DNA of 64,000 nt from Octopus vulgaris. Taxonomy: Eukaryota. The stretch is from NCBI GenBank assembly GCA_951406725.2, contig OX597819.1, positions 52,762,001 to 52,826,000 on the forward strand, written 5' to 3'. The notes under the pieces were generated by a model, which saw only the letters and a list, made by a program, of their open reading frames with translations, searched no databases and was not told the DNA's origin. This document shows, piece after piece, positions 26,421 through 38,980 of this stretch (positions within the stretch are counted from its first letter, which is position 1; the number at the start of each line of letters is the position of its first letter). The translations under genes were made by a program, and so were the position numbers.

Positions 26421-26927
26421 TGATGATTGGTGTTGGTTTGTTTATGTCCTCTATAACTTAGCAGTTAGATTTGAAAATAAGTAGCAGGGTCAATTTGTTC
26501 ACCTAAACCCTTCAATGCAGTGCCCCAGCTGCAGTCCAATGACTGAAACAAGCAAAAGATAAATGCTGAGGCATTTACCCACCCTTACACAAAACAAAAT
26601 TGAAAAATGAAAAGAGAAAAAATACTTCAGCTTCGACTATCTGTTTAGAAAAGCTTTCTTTTCAAAAAGAATAACCAAGAGAATAGTTAGGGTTAAAACA
26701 AAGAATGTGACTTAGAGATGCTAAAGTAACAGGGATTTGATATTAAAGAATTTCATAAACAGCTTACGTAAAAAAAAAAAGTAGTGCACAAAGATGAACA
26801 GACAAAAGAGACTGACAATTTATTCAACAGTTGAGCAAAAGGAATTGATTTACAACAAATCTTACATCACAGAAAAGCTCATGTGGTGAGGCGGGGACAT
26901 AAAAATTCTAAACCAAAATACATGTCA

Positions 26928-27220
26928 ATCATCATCATCAAACAACTATCTTCCATGCTAGTATAGGTCAGATGGTTTGACAGGATCTGATCAGCCAGAG
27001 GATTGCACTGAGCTCCCATGTCTGTTTTGATATGCTTTCTATGGTTTCATGCCCTTCCTAATGCTAACCATTTTACTGTGTACTGGATGCCATTTTTTTT
27101 TCATGCCCAACACTGGTGAGTTTACTAAGTAACTTACAAGACAAGAAAAGAACAAGAAAAGGGAAAAGCCCCTTAGATTAAGTGTGAATGTGTGTGTGCA
27201 TGTGTTGGGGGGTTTAATTG
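26928..27220 (-). mobile_element. SINE family B long variant; continues at 27810-27900
   Basis: Collinear with 39405-39700, where ggtggcttta follows directly; here it is split by about 590 bp. Confidence 0.65.
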
Positions 27221-27239
27221 AGAGAGTATTACCACCTGG

Positions 27240-27810
27240 TATTGAAAGGAAAATGACAACACTATTCAAAAGAAGATTTGTTTTTTCTAGCCCCAAGCTG
27301 CGAAAACTAATAAGGAGAGTACAGGAGGCGGTTGAAAAAGCCAGCTTCTATATATGGCTGAAGTGGGAAGACCAAAAATGGCTTGAAAGTCATACTGGCG
27401 GGGAAATAACATCACTAGGTGAGACAAGCTGACACTGAATCAGCTTCACTGACTGACAGGTGACAGTCATTTAGAGAATGCGCGGGCTAAGACTAAGCAC
27501 CTTCACTAGTCAGTTAAGGTGAGACAGTGTCACGTGACAACTTGCTGGGGCTGTCTGTTGGAGCCTAGTGGCAGGTATTTAAAGGGGAAAACTTGACAAG
27601 TCAGTCAGTCACTGGCTGACACTCGCTGATGATACATTGAACAGGCCAGAGAACAGAAGAAAGAAGACATGCACCCAACACCAGAGCTGAAGACACCTCC
27701 GAAAGGAGGGGTGGGCCTGCCACGTCATCCTGATGATGTCTTGAGCTAACTGGATCCTACAAAGGAGCTGTTGTGGTAGCAGACCACAAAACACAGTTAT
27801 AATTCCTCCA
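27240..27810 (+). mobile_element. 5'-truncated Hero/RLE-type non-LTR retrotransposon (ORF C-terminus plus 3' UTR)
   Basis: KLRKLIRRVQEAVEKASFYIWLKWEDQKW resembles the C-terminal EAAERxSxWxWLxR..W motif of Hero-clade elements (from recall); GC-richer structured 3' UTR follows. Confidence 0.65.
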
Positions 27811-28711
27811 GGATGAAGGTGGCTTTATGCTATACACTGAGATGCTAAAGTAAGAGAGACAAGCATAGGTATTTTGCTATAGAAGACATATATGGCTTCC
27901 TCATATTATATAGAGTTGGTGAGAATGGTAATGCTAAAAACACATAATTTTTTTTTTTATAATTAACAGAAACAGAATCAGTATTAATACCAGAAGGCAA
28001 TTTTTATCTCCAACTTAATGTGGATGTTTTGTTAGAACAGAATACTGCATCACTCCAGAACTCCATGATTAGCCATGTGTGTCTCAAAAATTATTGTTAA
28101 AATTTCTATCCCTGCTCTTGTAAATTCCACTAGCTTTAAACTGAAGTATTTCCACATCAAATACTGAAACTGGAGTTCAATCTTTGTTCATGTATTCCCA
28201 TCAACTCTTGTTATAAACTACTCCTGACCCTTACCTTCCCTGAACACATTTTCATCAGATATAAATCTTTGACTTTCCAAAGTGAATATTACCAGCATTA
28301 ATTTGACTGTGTTCGCTTCACTCAGCACCATTTTCCTTGAGAAAAACCTATCAGCAAAACCATTCCACTTCAGATCAACAAAACAAACAAATACATAAAG
28401 ATTAAAGCTAAAGCCACAAGTTGCTTAACAGAAATGTGTGTTTCATTAGAAATTTATCAAAGTTGAAAAGAAGAGAAAAACAAAAGAGAGAGAGAGAAAG
28501 AGAGAGAAATGAAAAGAGCATGCAGCAATAGATACAACCATTATCTACAGAAAGAAACTCCAAATGGAATAAACCACAACATCATACTTAGATTTATCAT
28601 AAAACAAAGGCTTTTTGTTACTGTTGCTTTTAAATATGTACACAGACGCACACACACATATATATATATACATATATATCACATATGCACACATATACAT
28701 GCATAACATAC

Positions 28712-28746
<35 letters not shown>

Positions 28747-29117
28747 ATTAAAAAACAAGGCAAAAATATATGAAAAGAAATCTGTTTTGGATGAATTAAG
28801 ACTTGCTAAGTGTCAACAGCTTTTTGAAATATTGAAAATTTAACACATACCCACCCATCCATCCACACACACACGTATATACGCACGCATCATTATCGTC
28901 AAAATCCTTCTAGTGTATCGAACATATGTGGCTGAGTTAAATAGCTGTTAACCATTTTTTGAAATATGGATGCACAAGCATCTATGGCCATAAATAAACT
29001 ATTATTGCATGTGACAAGATTCTTAAATTATTAGAATTCTCAAGAAATAATAGATGCAGCTTTCTAACAATTATTAGCAATTGTTATTCATATTATTTTT
29101 ATATTATTATTATTATC

Positions 29118-29162
<45 letters not shown>

Positions 29163-29887
29163 CATTATTCCCTTTTGTTTGCTTTATCTTTTGTTTTTGT
29201 TTCGATTGTTTTGTGGGGGTTTTTTTGTTGTTTTACCTCCTTCTCAATCTCTTTTGGTGGAAGAAGAAGGAAAAAAATAATTTTTTGGTTTTTTTTTTTT
29301 TCTTACATTTTTATTGGAATGATATTTTCTCATAGCATCTTAACAAATGGGAAATAAAACATTAAGCAAATGATAAAAAAAAAAAAACCACACACACACA
29401 CATATATATATATATATACACACACATAAAAATGAATAAATGCAAAACAATAAAAAAAATGAGAGAAATAAATATTTAAAAAAATTATAAACAATATAGT
29501 ATAAAACTTCTCCTTCAGCATTCTTTTACATTGAAGCGAATACAATATTCTGATCTGCTATACTGCTTATGAAAGCAAGTTTCAAATATCTATATTAATA
29601 GTCAATAAATTATGTATGCTTCAAATGTCTAATTACTATTTTAAAAAGCTGTAAAAACAAACAATGCAAAAAATAAAATTAATGAAATATAAAAAATATA
29701 TATATAAAAATATAAAATAGAATAATTTATTGGAGGGAATGAAGAAAAAATAACTAAAACAAATAAGTAAATAGAAAATATGGAAATAAATATAAGAAAA
29801 GATATCAAGTGTAGTGATAAATCACTGCTCCTTCTGAGAGAAATAACAACAATGAAAACAACAGCTAAATTAAAATTATGTATATTA

Positions 29888-29932
<45 letters not shown>

Positions 29933-30323
29933 CAGATCTTTTGACTGTCTGTCTCACTTTCTCTCTCTCGCTCTCTCTTTGGCAATGTGTATGCAATGGA
30001 AAAAGAGAAAGAAAACAAATGGAGGTAGAAAAACGCAAACAAAAAAGGAAAGAAACAGGCAAAGAAGAAGCAAAAGGAGGAGAAGGAAGAGGATGCAAGG
30101 AAGAAAAAGGTAAGGAGGAAGAAGAAGAAGATGTTAAGGAAGAAGAAAATGTAGAAGGTAGAGGATGAGGAGGAAGTAACTGCAAATGACAAAATATAGA
30201 TAAGAATTGTCAAAGTGGGAAAGTTGTAAAGTAAGTTATCCTAATTTCATCTTTTAGAGTGGAGGGGGGGGGGGGCAGTGGGGAGGGGGGAAAAGATGGA
30301 ACTGTTTTTCTTTTAATGTGAAA

Positions 30324-30640
30324 AGATAGATGCCTCGCTTGTCTTGCAGCTCTGCTCTGCTCCGCTTACAGTCAAGCAGGCTGGGTGGGGTTGGTCGGGG
30401 GCGGAAAGGCTGGCAGGGTATCTATCTCATAGCTAATTGCCTGCGCCTTCGATGTTTACATTCCTAACACAGATGTCAAGCACATCAGATATTATTTTAA
30501 TCATCGACAAGATGCCGCGAACACACATCGTCTGCAGCGAGATGAAGCTGAGCACTAAATGAGACTTAAGTCAAATTGGAAGCAATTAACATCTTTAACA
30601 TTATAACGTATACTTACTAACGTTTATGAGCAGCCTGTCC
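30324..30640. promoter_or_regulatory. Candidate cis-regulatory unique-sequence island
   Basis: Non-repetitive and CpG-retaining, with TGTTTAC (Fox-like), CAGATG (E-box) and TAATTG/CAATTA homeodomain-like motifs; no supportable ORF. Confidence 0.35.
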
Positions 30641-31489
30641 CCCCACCAACAACACACCCTTGCGCACGAGGGAGGAGGAGCGAGCAGGGAGAGAGAAACA
30701 GAGAGAGAGATGTGTGGGGTGGGGTGATAGCAGATAAAACTGTTTACCAGTCTGAGCCAATGCCATCTGATGTTTTTATTTGTTACCTAACACAGATAAA
30801 ATAAGTACCTTGGGTTGCTGGCATATATGATACATGGAAGGAAGTATGTACAGGACATATCATGCCGTTTATTTATTTATTTATTTATTTATTTATCTAT
30901 TTATTTATTTATGATTTTTCTTTATTTTTTTCTCTTCTGCAAGGGTACCTGGCATGTGGTGAGGGTATGTATCGTTTAAATGGCCTCCGTGTAAAAGATG
31001 CTGAGAATGTTTAAAATGCATTTTTGGAGTGCAAAGCGACATGGTTTGGAGTATGTGTGAGATGAGAGAGGGGGTGAGGGGAAGGAAAGAGAGGGAAAAG
31101 GAGAAAGAGAGACAGACAGAGCTAAAGACAAACAGGCAGGCAGGCAGGCAGGCAGACAGACAGAGATACAGACAAACAGGCAGACAGACAGAGATTTAAC
31201 CAGTTTAAAAACTAAGGAGTCAGACATCTAATGAAATGTCAAGAGCAGGTCCATAGTACTATACTTTATACAAACAGCTATTTCACTTCTATATTAAATA
31301 TACAATATATACAAGAATAATTTCATAAGAAGCATCCCACAGTATCAATAAGTATCAATAAGAAGAGAAGCAACTCAGGTGAAAGTCATCCTGGAAATAA
31401 TGGTCATTCTCAACATGTCTGACCTCAGTTATTTATACAGTAATATCCAGTGGCTTGATGAAGATGACTCACAGTGCAGGAAGCAAGTA

Positions 31490-31860
31490 GATGTAGTCAA
31501 TGCTAGCAAACGGTATAGCTTCAGATATCAAGCACTGGAGCTAGACTTCAGATAAACTTTTGTAAACACTATTTTTCTCCTTTATCACCTGAAGTCTCTC
31601 TGCATTCTCAGTCATGATTGTAATTTGATGTTTTTGTAGAGCTAGATTTGCTGAACATTTGTTCTCCTGAATCACACAGAAGTGGTCTCTTTCTTGGAAT
31701 TAACTTTCTGAAAAACAGCTGTTTCTGACACATGATGAAAAAGCCCTTTCTCCATTCCTGATTCTATTATTCCTGTTTAGTCTTGGAATTCAGTTACCTC
31801 TCCCAAGCTCTTTCTTCTGTACACTAATGACCTATATGCTGCTAATTCTAACAAACACAC
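31490..31860 (+). mobile_element. Decayed CR1/Jockey-group LINE RT fragment
   Basis: KRYSFR..STG (~QYGFR..ST), INFLKN (~WIxxFLxxR) and NSVTSPKLFLLYTNDL (~GSVLSPxLFLLxINDL) occur in the correct order. Confidence 0.65.
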
Positions 31861-32084
31861 ACATACATACATCTGGATGGAGGGTACCATTCTTCAGCAG
31901 GACGATAAAGTGTCATTCACATACAATCTAGACAAGCCATTTCTAGCAGGTGAATGAGCCCTTACATAACCTTTTAAACACTGGAGGTGATGTTGGTAAT
32001 GTGAGTCTCACAATTGCAAAGTCAGTAGAAGAAAAAAGTGTTAAAGAATTAGGTTATTTTTTAAAAAATAAAAGATAATTGTAC

Positions 32085-32210
32085 TAAAGGAGCAGAGTTG
32101 TGTAATGCCAGCCAGAAGTAGCTTGTTGCATGGTTGTGAAATAATTACATATAAAGGACAAAAGGCAACTATTGACTGATCAAGAGAAGCTGAGAACCAG
32201 CATGAAGGTA
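32085..32210 (+). mobile_element. Decayed RTE LINE fragment
   Basis: LLHGCE resembles the RTE LLYGxExW motif. Confidence 0.35.
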
Positions 32211-32212
32211 AC

Positions 32213-32432
32213 TTAACCCTTTTGCTACCATGTTCCTGTTAAAACTTTTGTTTCAATTAATTGTAATAATAATGAAGAATTTGGTAAAATAACTGTCATT
32301 ATTAAGCTGATGTTTGGAACATAAATTAACATGAGGTTTTACTGGAAAGTTTTAATTTAGGTCACTTTAAACAAGTAGTTTGTATCATGGAATCAGGGTC
32401 GGTCTCAGGTAGGTTGGTGTCAAAAGGTTTAA
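32213..32432. mobile_element. piggyBac-like MITE family 2 (opposite orientation to 24706)
   Basis: TTAAcccttttgctacc ... ggttggtgtcaaaaggtTTAA. Confidence 0.85.
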
Positions 32433-32669
32433 GAAAGAAATGAAGAATAAAACGTTAAAAACAAAGAAGGGATACAACAATGAAAAAAAAAAGGATACCA
32501 ATTAACTTATAACATGGGTGTTATGACATGTAGGAAACATATACAGTAGGAAATAGACATGGGATAGATGTTTTGGGTAAGATTAATTTCATTTAACCTC
32601 AAAAAGAAATATTACAAAGTGACAGACAGAGACACATTTTCTTTCTTGCTGCAGAGTCACAGATAAAAA

Positions 32670-32707
<38 letters not shown>

Positions 32708-33169
32708 GTGATGGGAAGGAGTCTGTGAAGTAAAATCACTTTAATAGGGATATGCAATGTATGGACATTTCATTCATTTGTTGTCAATCTCAACACATCA
32801 CAGCCGCAGCAGCAAATGTGAGTCCAAGACAGGTTGATGTTAGGTCACCCCACTGATGTTACTCTTAGTCAAACAATACTTCAATCTGTTCTCAATGGAT
32901 AATTTATGAGTTAAGTGCGTGAGAAGATAAGACAGACAGAAAATAAAGACAAAAGAAAACAAAAATTGAAATAAAAGACTAGAAGTTATATGTGTGTGTG
33001 AGGGGGTGGTGGTTTAGTTAGCATTTTGACAAATGACTAGCCTGAAGTACTTACATAAAAAGCAGGTATACATATTTGTCTACTAATATATACGTTTAAA
33101 TCATATATGTATGTATGTATAAAAATGTTTTTGTGTGTGTGTCTAACAATGGGCAACTAGGACTTTCTA

Positions 33170-33805
33170 AGAGACAACTAGCTGGGTGCTACTGATGAGA
33201 TCTGTGATTGGTGCACGGTTCTAATGAAACAGAAGGTGACATAGTGGTTGAAAAGTACTGGGAATTAGAGGAGAAAAGCTAAGCTACAGGCTTGGAAAGA
33301 TTGGCAGAAGGGAAGTAGCAAAGAACAGTACCAAGCAGCAAGAAAAGAAGCAAAACACAGTATTCTTGAGGCTTAAACATGTTCTGCAATGCAGAAATCA
33401 AAGACACAAGATGTTCTGGATTGCAAAACTGTGTACTGGAAGGGAGAAAATGAAACATTGTTGGAGAGAAGAGTGTACAGAATGATAATTGTGCACTTGT
33501 CATTAAAAAAAATATAGAAGAATAGACATACCAAAACAAGAGATGGCTTAACCCATTAGTATTACGCTATCAAAAATGTAATGGCTTATTTAATGACACT
33601 GTTTTTAATTAATCATGCATTATCTCGTAGCTTTGAGCTTTCGATAATGTAATTGCTTAGATTTAGAGTGACATTGTGGGATAGGTGTGAGAAGCTAGAT
33701 CTGGCTGGTTTGAACATAAAACAAGTAGAATATTCGGGCCAGATATGGCCAGTTAAAATGTAAAAAGGGTTAGATAAGAAGAATACCTGGGAGAGAGAAA
33801 AACAA
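33170..33805 (+). mobile_element. Decayed RTE LINE ORF fragment (endonuclease-RT linker), split by a MITE
   Basis: ATDEICDW, AWKDWQKGSSKEQYQAARKEAK and IVGEKSVQNDNCALVI precede the MITE; KKNTWERE follows it. Confidence 0.75.
33548..33773. mobile_element. piggyBac-like MITE family 1, inserted in the RTE relic
   Basis: TTAAcccattag ... aaaagggTTAG. Confidence 0.85.
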
Positions 33806-35369
33806 AGAGAGCCTGCTTCAAATAAGCCCAAAAGAAAGACAGCTGTTGAAGCTGACAAATGTGTGATGAAGGACACAAAGACATGGAAGACTGCAAGAGC
33901 TCTAATAGTTTTTGGCCAATCCACCAACCACCAGGGTTGGTAGTTTATTTGCTGAATCCAGCGATGGATGAATGGCTAAGATGACGTTAGTGGGGTCTGA
34001 ACTCAGAGTGCACAGAGGAGGACAAATACTGTAAGGTACTCTTTGCCATTTGGCCGAGGCTTTTACCTTTAATTTCTATCTATTTCTCATAGGTACTAAA
34101 AAATATCCTCCAGTTTTCTTACTGCTAGAGTATTTTGGTGGTTTATAATACAGAGGTACTTTCTCTGTCCTTGTGTGTATGAATGGAAAATATAAAAAAA
34201 GATCGTCTATGTAAAATGGATAGGAATAATGTAAAACAAAAAAAGGAATAAATACAAAAAAAAAAAGAATTAGTCCTTAATATCTAAACATAAAAAAGAA
34301 CAAGCAAAAAAAAAAAGAGACTTATCTAAGTTTCTGTATAGGCCTGAACACACACATACATAGGAAGAAAAAGAAAAGGAAAGAAGAGGATGCAATAGAG
34401 TGCAGAAAGCTGCCAGATTCAGCAAAACATGTTTTAAAAAGAAGAAAAGCTTGGCTTTCATCTTAACTTGAGTCCATTGGGTGAGAGCGAAGAATATGAC
34501 TAATTTTAATTTAACAATTCCTGTAGCTGCCAGTGTTTATGGTATATATTAGTTCCAGTTCACTGGCAGAGGGCCATTTCTATATTGTTAATGGGACTCT
34601 TTTATGACAGATAAATTTCATACAGGCAAAGAACAAAATATGTAAAGAAATTAATGACTTTTTAGCTTGTTGCTACTTTTGCCGGTATTGTTGATGTTGT
34701 TGTTGCTGTTATTTTTTAATGCTTTTATGATTTTCATATCTGTTTTCAGTAAGAGGTAGAGAGAGAGAGAGAAAAGAGTGAAAGAAGCGAAATGAGAAAC
34801 CAAGAGATGAAAACCAAGTCAAGTGGCCACGGATGACTAATTTGACTAGAGACAATTAAAGAAGATCCAGTGCAAACAAGCTAGTTCTTTGAGAGCACAA
34901 GCTTCTAAAATTCCTCAGCATTAGCTTTGATGCTGTAACAGAAACATATGTAAGAACACCTCACCTTCTCCCTACACACACACAGACTGCCACTGGTGCC
35001 ATGCCATTACCCGTCAATTTCTCACCCCCCATAAGACGAAGACACAGTGTGGTGTGATATGAGAAGGGTTAGCTCCCCCTTTCTCTCTCTCTCATTCACC
35101 ACACACACACACACCAAACCAAAACTGCCTCCAGAGAATTTTTCACAGCTTAGATATTTATTTAGTGGAATACCTTCAGAAATATAAAGCTGTTCTGCCA
35201 GGAATATATAGCCAATTAATCTCTCTCTCTCTTTCTCTCTCTCTCCCCATCATAACACTTCAGTAATCAGGAGAAATTATCATAATTATCATAAGGAAAT
35301 TACTAACATTTATTACTGTTGTTGATAACAACCTCCACCCTGTAACACTAACAACAATAAATAACAGTA

Positions 35370-35418
<49 letters not shown>

Positions 35419-36033
35419 ATTCTCTAACACTACATACCAAAGTGAAACAGAAAACAAAAAGACAAAAACAGGAATAAACACAAAACAACTTTAATCACAG
35501 TGGTAACTACATAGTCAATTAAACAAAGCAATTTAAGACCCAGTGAACTGAATAGCCACTATTAGCTCGTTAAGAAAAGGCAAGTAACTACAACTAGAAG
35601 CTGCCCACTCCAAATAAATACAAGGTAATTAATAAAAAAAAAAAAAAAGAACCCCCCTCCTCCCCCATCTAGCACCCACCTTCTCTCCCCCCTCCCTCCC
35701 TCACTCACTCACTCATAGAAAGGCTTTCATTGAAAAGGAATACAATAAGTATTACTAATGCAAGTAATATGTCTACTGAGACGAAGAGTGTAAATTAAGT
35801 ACTTTTAGTTTGTTGTATTCACACACACACACACACTTCCTGTGATAATCATTACTTTGCTTTTACTGTGTTGGCACAGTGCAAACACAGAAATGTGCAG
35901 TGAAACTGCACCTGATGCTAAACAACAAATGTGTATACGATTGCACTAATTGAATATAAGACCCAAGAGAGGAATAAAATAGCTTTAATCTCAAGGATTT
36001 CTTTGCAGGTAATTTTTCAGTTCGGCTCCTGCA

Positions 36034-36059
36034 GTAGTAGTGTGGTGGTGGTGGTGGTG

Positions 36060-36127
<68 letters not shown>

Positions 36128-36186
36128 GGTGGTGGTGGTGGTGGTGGTGTGGTGCTAGTAGTAGTAGTAGTAGTAATGTGGTGGTG

Positions 36187-36219
<33 letters not shown>

Positions 36220-36258
36220 ATGTGGTGGTGGTGTAGTAGTAGTAGTAGTAATGTGGTA

Positions 36259-36306
<48 letters not shown>

Positions 36307-36455
36307 ATGTGGTGGTGGTAGTAGTAGTAGTAGTATAGTAGTAATGTGGTAGTAGTAGTAGTAGTAATGTGGTGGTAGTAGTAGTAGTAATAATGTGGTG
36401 GCGGTGGTGGTGGTGGTGGTGGTAGTAGTAGTAGTAGCAGCAGCAGCAGTAGCAT
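36034..36455. repeat. Compound (GTA/GTG)n microsatellite with a higher-order gtagtaatgtggtggt unit
   Basis: Seen directly in the sequence. Confidence 0.95.
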
Positions 36456-36914
36456 GGTGCTGGTCTAAAATAATAAGCTTTCTGATGTGGAAACTAGTAT
36501 GAAGTAAAAGAAAGGAAGAAGCTTAATAAAAATGTACAGTTTATCTATTTGTGTAATATAATGTGTGTATTTTCACGGATCATTGTCTAAATTTATTTAA
36601 AAAAAAAAAAAGAACAAAACTACGACCTTCCCCCATGCACACAAGATATTAACCATGGATAGAAGGCTGAATAAAGAATGATTTGGTTATGATTTTGTTC
36701 ATTTATGCGTAAGCCGTTTTTTTGTTTTCAAGTGTGGTGAACTAAATGGCTCACTAAGAAGGTCAGAATAAAGCTTAAACATAACTGGAGTGATCTCTCA
36801 TATTTGTGAGAGGAAAATGAAAAAATAGTATTAGTCATTGATTAATATTTTTCCACCCTCACCACTTACCTACTTCTAGCTAGATTTTTTAATATATTCT
36901 TTTCTTTTTTTTTT

Positions 36915-37325
36915 AATTCTTTTACTTGTTTCAGTCATTCGACTGCAACCATGCTGGAGCACCGCCTTTAGTCGAGCAAATCAACCACAGGACTTATTCT
37001 TTGTAAACCTAGTACTTATTCTATCAGTGTCTTTTGCTAAACAGCTGAAGTTATAGGGACATAAACACACCAACATTGGTTGTCAAGCAATGGTGGGGGG
37101 GGGGGACTAACACAGACACACAGACATATACTCTCTCTCACACACACACACATACATATACGATGGGCTTGATTCAGTTTCCGTGAACCAAATATATTCA
37201 CAAGGCTTTGGCTGGCTTGAGACTATAGTAGAAGGCACGTGTTTATGATACCACGCAGTGGGACTGAACCCAGAACCATGTGGTTGAGAAGCAAGCTTCT
37301 TACCACACAGCCAGTCCTGCACCTG
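36915..37325 (-). mobile_element. SINE family A, full length
   Basis: ttttacttgtttcagtcatt...ccacgcagtgggactgaacccagaaccatgtgg...cttaccacacagcca. Confidence 0.9.
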
Positions 37326-37424
37326 TAGTAAATATCTTCACAATAACTGAACTCTTAATATCAACCAACCATCACTATGATACAAGCTTCCTGTTTTTAA
37401 GTGATCTCCAGTGTGCTATAAAAG

Positions 37425-37625
37425 CATCATCAACTTATCGACCCTTAATGTATGTTTCCATGCTGGTATGGGTCAGATGGCTTGACAGGAACTGGCAAGG
37501 CCAGGGGCCACACCAGGTTCCATAGTCTGTTTTAGCTTGGTTTCTACAGCTGGATGCCCTTCCTAACGCCAGCCACTTTACCAAATGTACTGGGTGCTTT
37601 TTGTGTTGACACCATCACCAGTGCT
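37425..37625 (-). mobile_element. SINE family B fragment
   Basis: tttccatgctggtatggg...tttctacagctggatgcccttcctaacgccagcc. Confidence 0.8.
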
Positions 37626-37679
37626 TTATTTACACAGGATTGCACCTCAGGACTTATGGACTAACATCTACACTATCAG

Positions 37680-38078
37680 AAAGTTGAACTGTGAACTTTT
37701 ATGCTTCTTTTTCCCTCTTTTCCTTTGTTCCTCTTTTTCTTCATTTCTTTATTCCCTTTCTCCTGTCCTCTATGTCATTGCTTCATTAATCTCTACCCCT
37801 CACGTTTTCCTTATCTGTCTCTGATGATGGAATATCCCAGAAACAACTGTAAGACTTTGAATTTTTCCAATAATAATAATGTATATGACTTGAGATGTTT
37901 GTCTTGTCTTAATGTTTGTTATCCTCTTTAACAAATATATATCCTCTATATCAGAAATCTACAATGGTTCCATAACTCCCGTCTTGGCTATGACCTTGGA
38001 GCCCTGGTAATCTGTTACACCACTTACCCAGCATTTCTAGTCGTTCAGATCACCTGTGAACTAAACCCTCATATTTTG
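37680..38078 (+). mobile_element. HHR-bearing Penelope-like/retrozyme-like element 3' segment
   Basis: HHR followed after ~225 nt by ccctcatattttg, directly abutting (TA)n; the 5' boundary is uncertain. Confidence 0.5.
37817..37855 (+). ncRNA. Minimal type I hammerhead ribozyme motif
   Basis: gtct-CTGATGA-tgg aatatc cca-GAAA-caactg-TA^agac: stem I gtct/agac, stem II tgg/cca, near-palindromic stem III, GUA cleavage triplet. Confidence 0.75.
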
Positions 38079-38569
38079 TATGTATATATATATATATACA
38101 TATATAAAGCATGAAAAAGAAATGAGAACCACTGAGGTAAGCAATAGTTTCCTATATTTTTTTTCTTTTCAAGATTTTAACTTTATAACAGTTTTATTTA
38201 ATTGTCAATGCATATATTATTTATTTACTTAATCTCCAGTATGCAACAAAACCAGAAATGGTGAGGAACCACTGCTTCAGAGCTGTTAAAGATATCACTA
38301 GTATGGTGGCAAGAAAATGATGGAGACATAGAGAATCTCAGAAAGAAGCACTCACTAATTGGACAGACCGTGAGATACAGAAGTAATCTATTGAAGCTTC
38401 TTGCATTAGCCAATGTAACAATATACAACATTCATCAAAACAATGAAACCTTATTATTTTTTGTTAACACTTAGGTCTTGTGCTATCTTGCACACATGCT
38501 AAAACAGATTCCTGATGCAGACAGATAAGAACTACAGTGATGATGAATATCACTACTATTATTCAATAT

Positions 38570-38757
38570 ACTCTTTTACTTGTTTCAGTCATTTGACAGC
38601 GGCCATGCTGGAGCACCGCCTTTAGTCGAGCAAATCGACCCCGGGACTTATTTTTTGTAAGCCCAGTACTTATTCTATCGGTCTCTTTTGCCGAACCGCT
38701 AAGTGACGGCGACGTAAACACACCAGCATCAGTTGTCAAGCAATGCTAGGGGGACAA

Positions 38758-38817
<60 letters not shown>

Positions 38818-38980
38818 GACAGGTTTCTTTCAGTTTCCATCTACCAAATCCACTCACAAGGATTTGGTCGGCCTGAGGCTATAGTAGAAGACACTTGCCC
38901 AAGATGCCATGCAGTGGGACTGAACCCGGAACCATGTGGTTGGTAAGCAAGCTACTTACCACACAGCCACTTCTGCGCCT
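38570..38980 (-). mobile_element. SINE family A, young full length
   Basis: Near-identical reverse complement of 1-272 and 26070-26420; internal (CA)n(TA)n. Confidence 0.95.

Noticed and set aside
31708-31730. acagctgtttc (GAAACAGCTGT on the minus strand)
   Set aside because: No CTGANGA partner nearby, invalid GUU triplet, and it lies inside a LINE RT relic.
34524-34569. Hairpin ctgccagtg/cactggcag containing the miR-22/745 seed AGCTGCC
   Set aside because: Only 9 bp plus 3 bp of pairing, and the rest does not resemble the mature miRNA.
35872-35890. CAGTGC iron-responsive-element loop
   Set aside because: The flanking 5-bp upper stem and bulged C of an IRE are absent.
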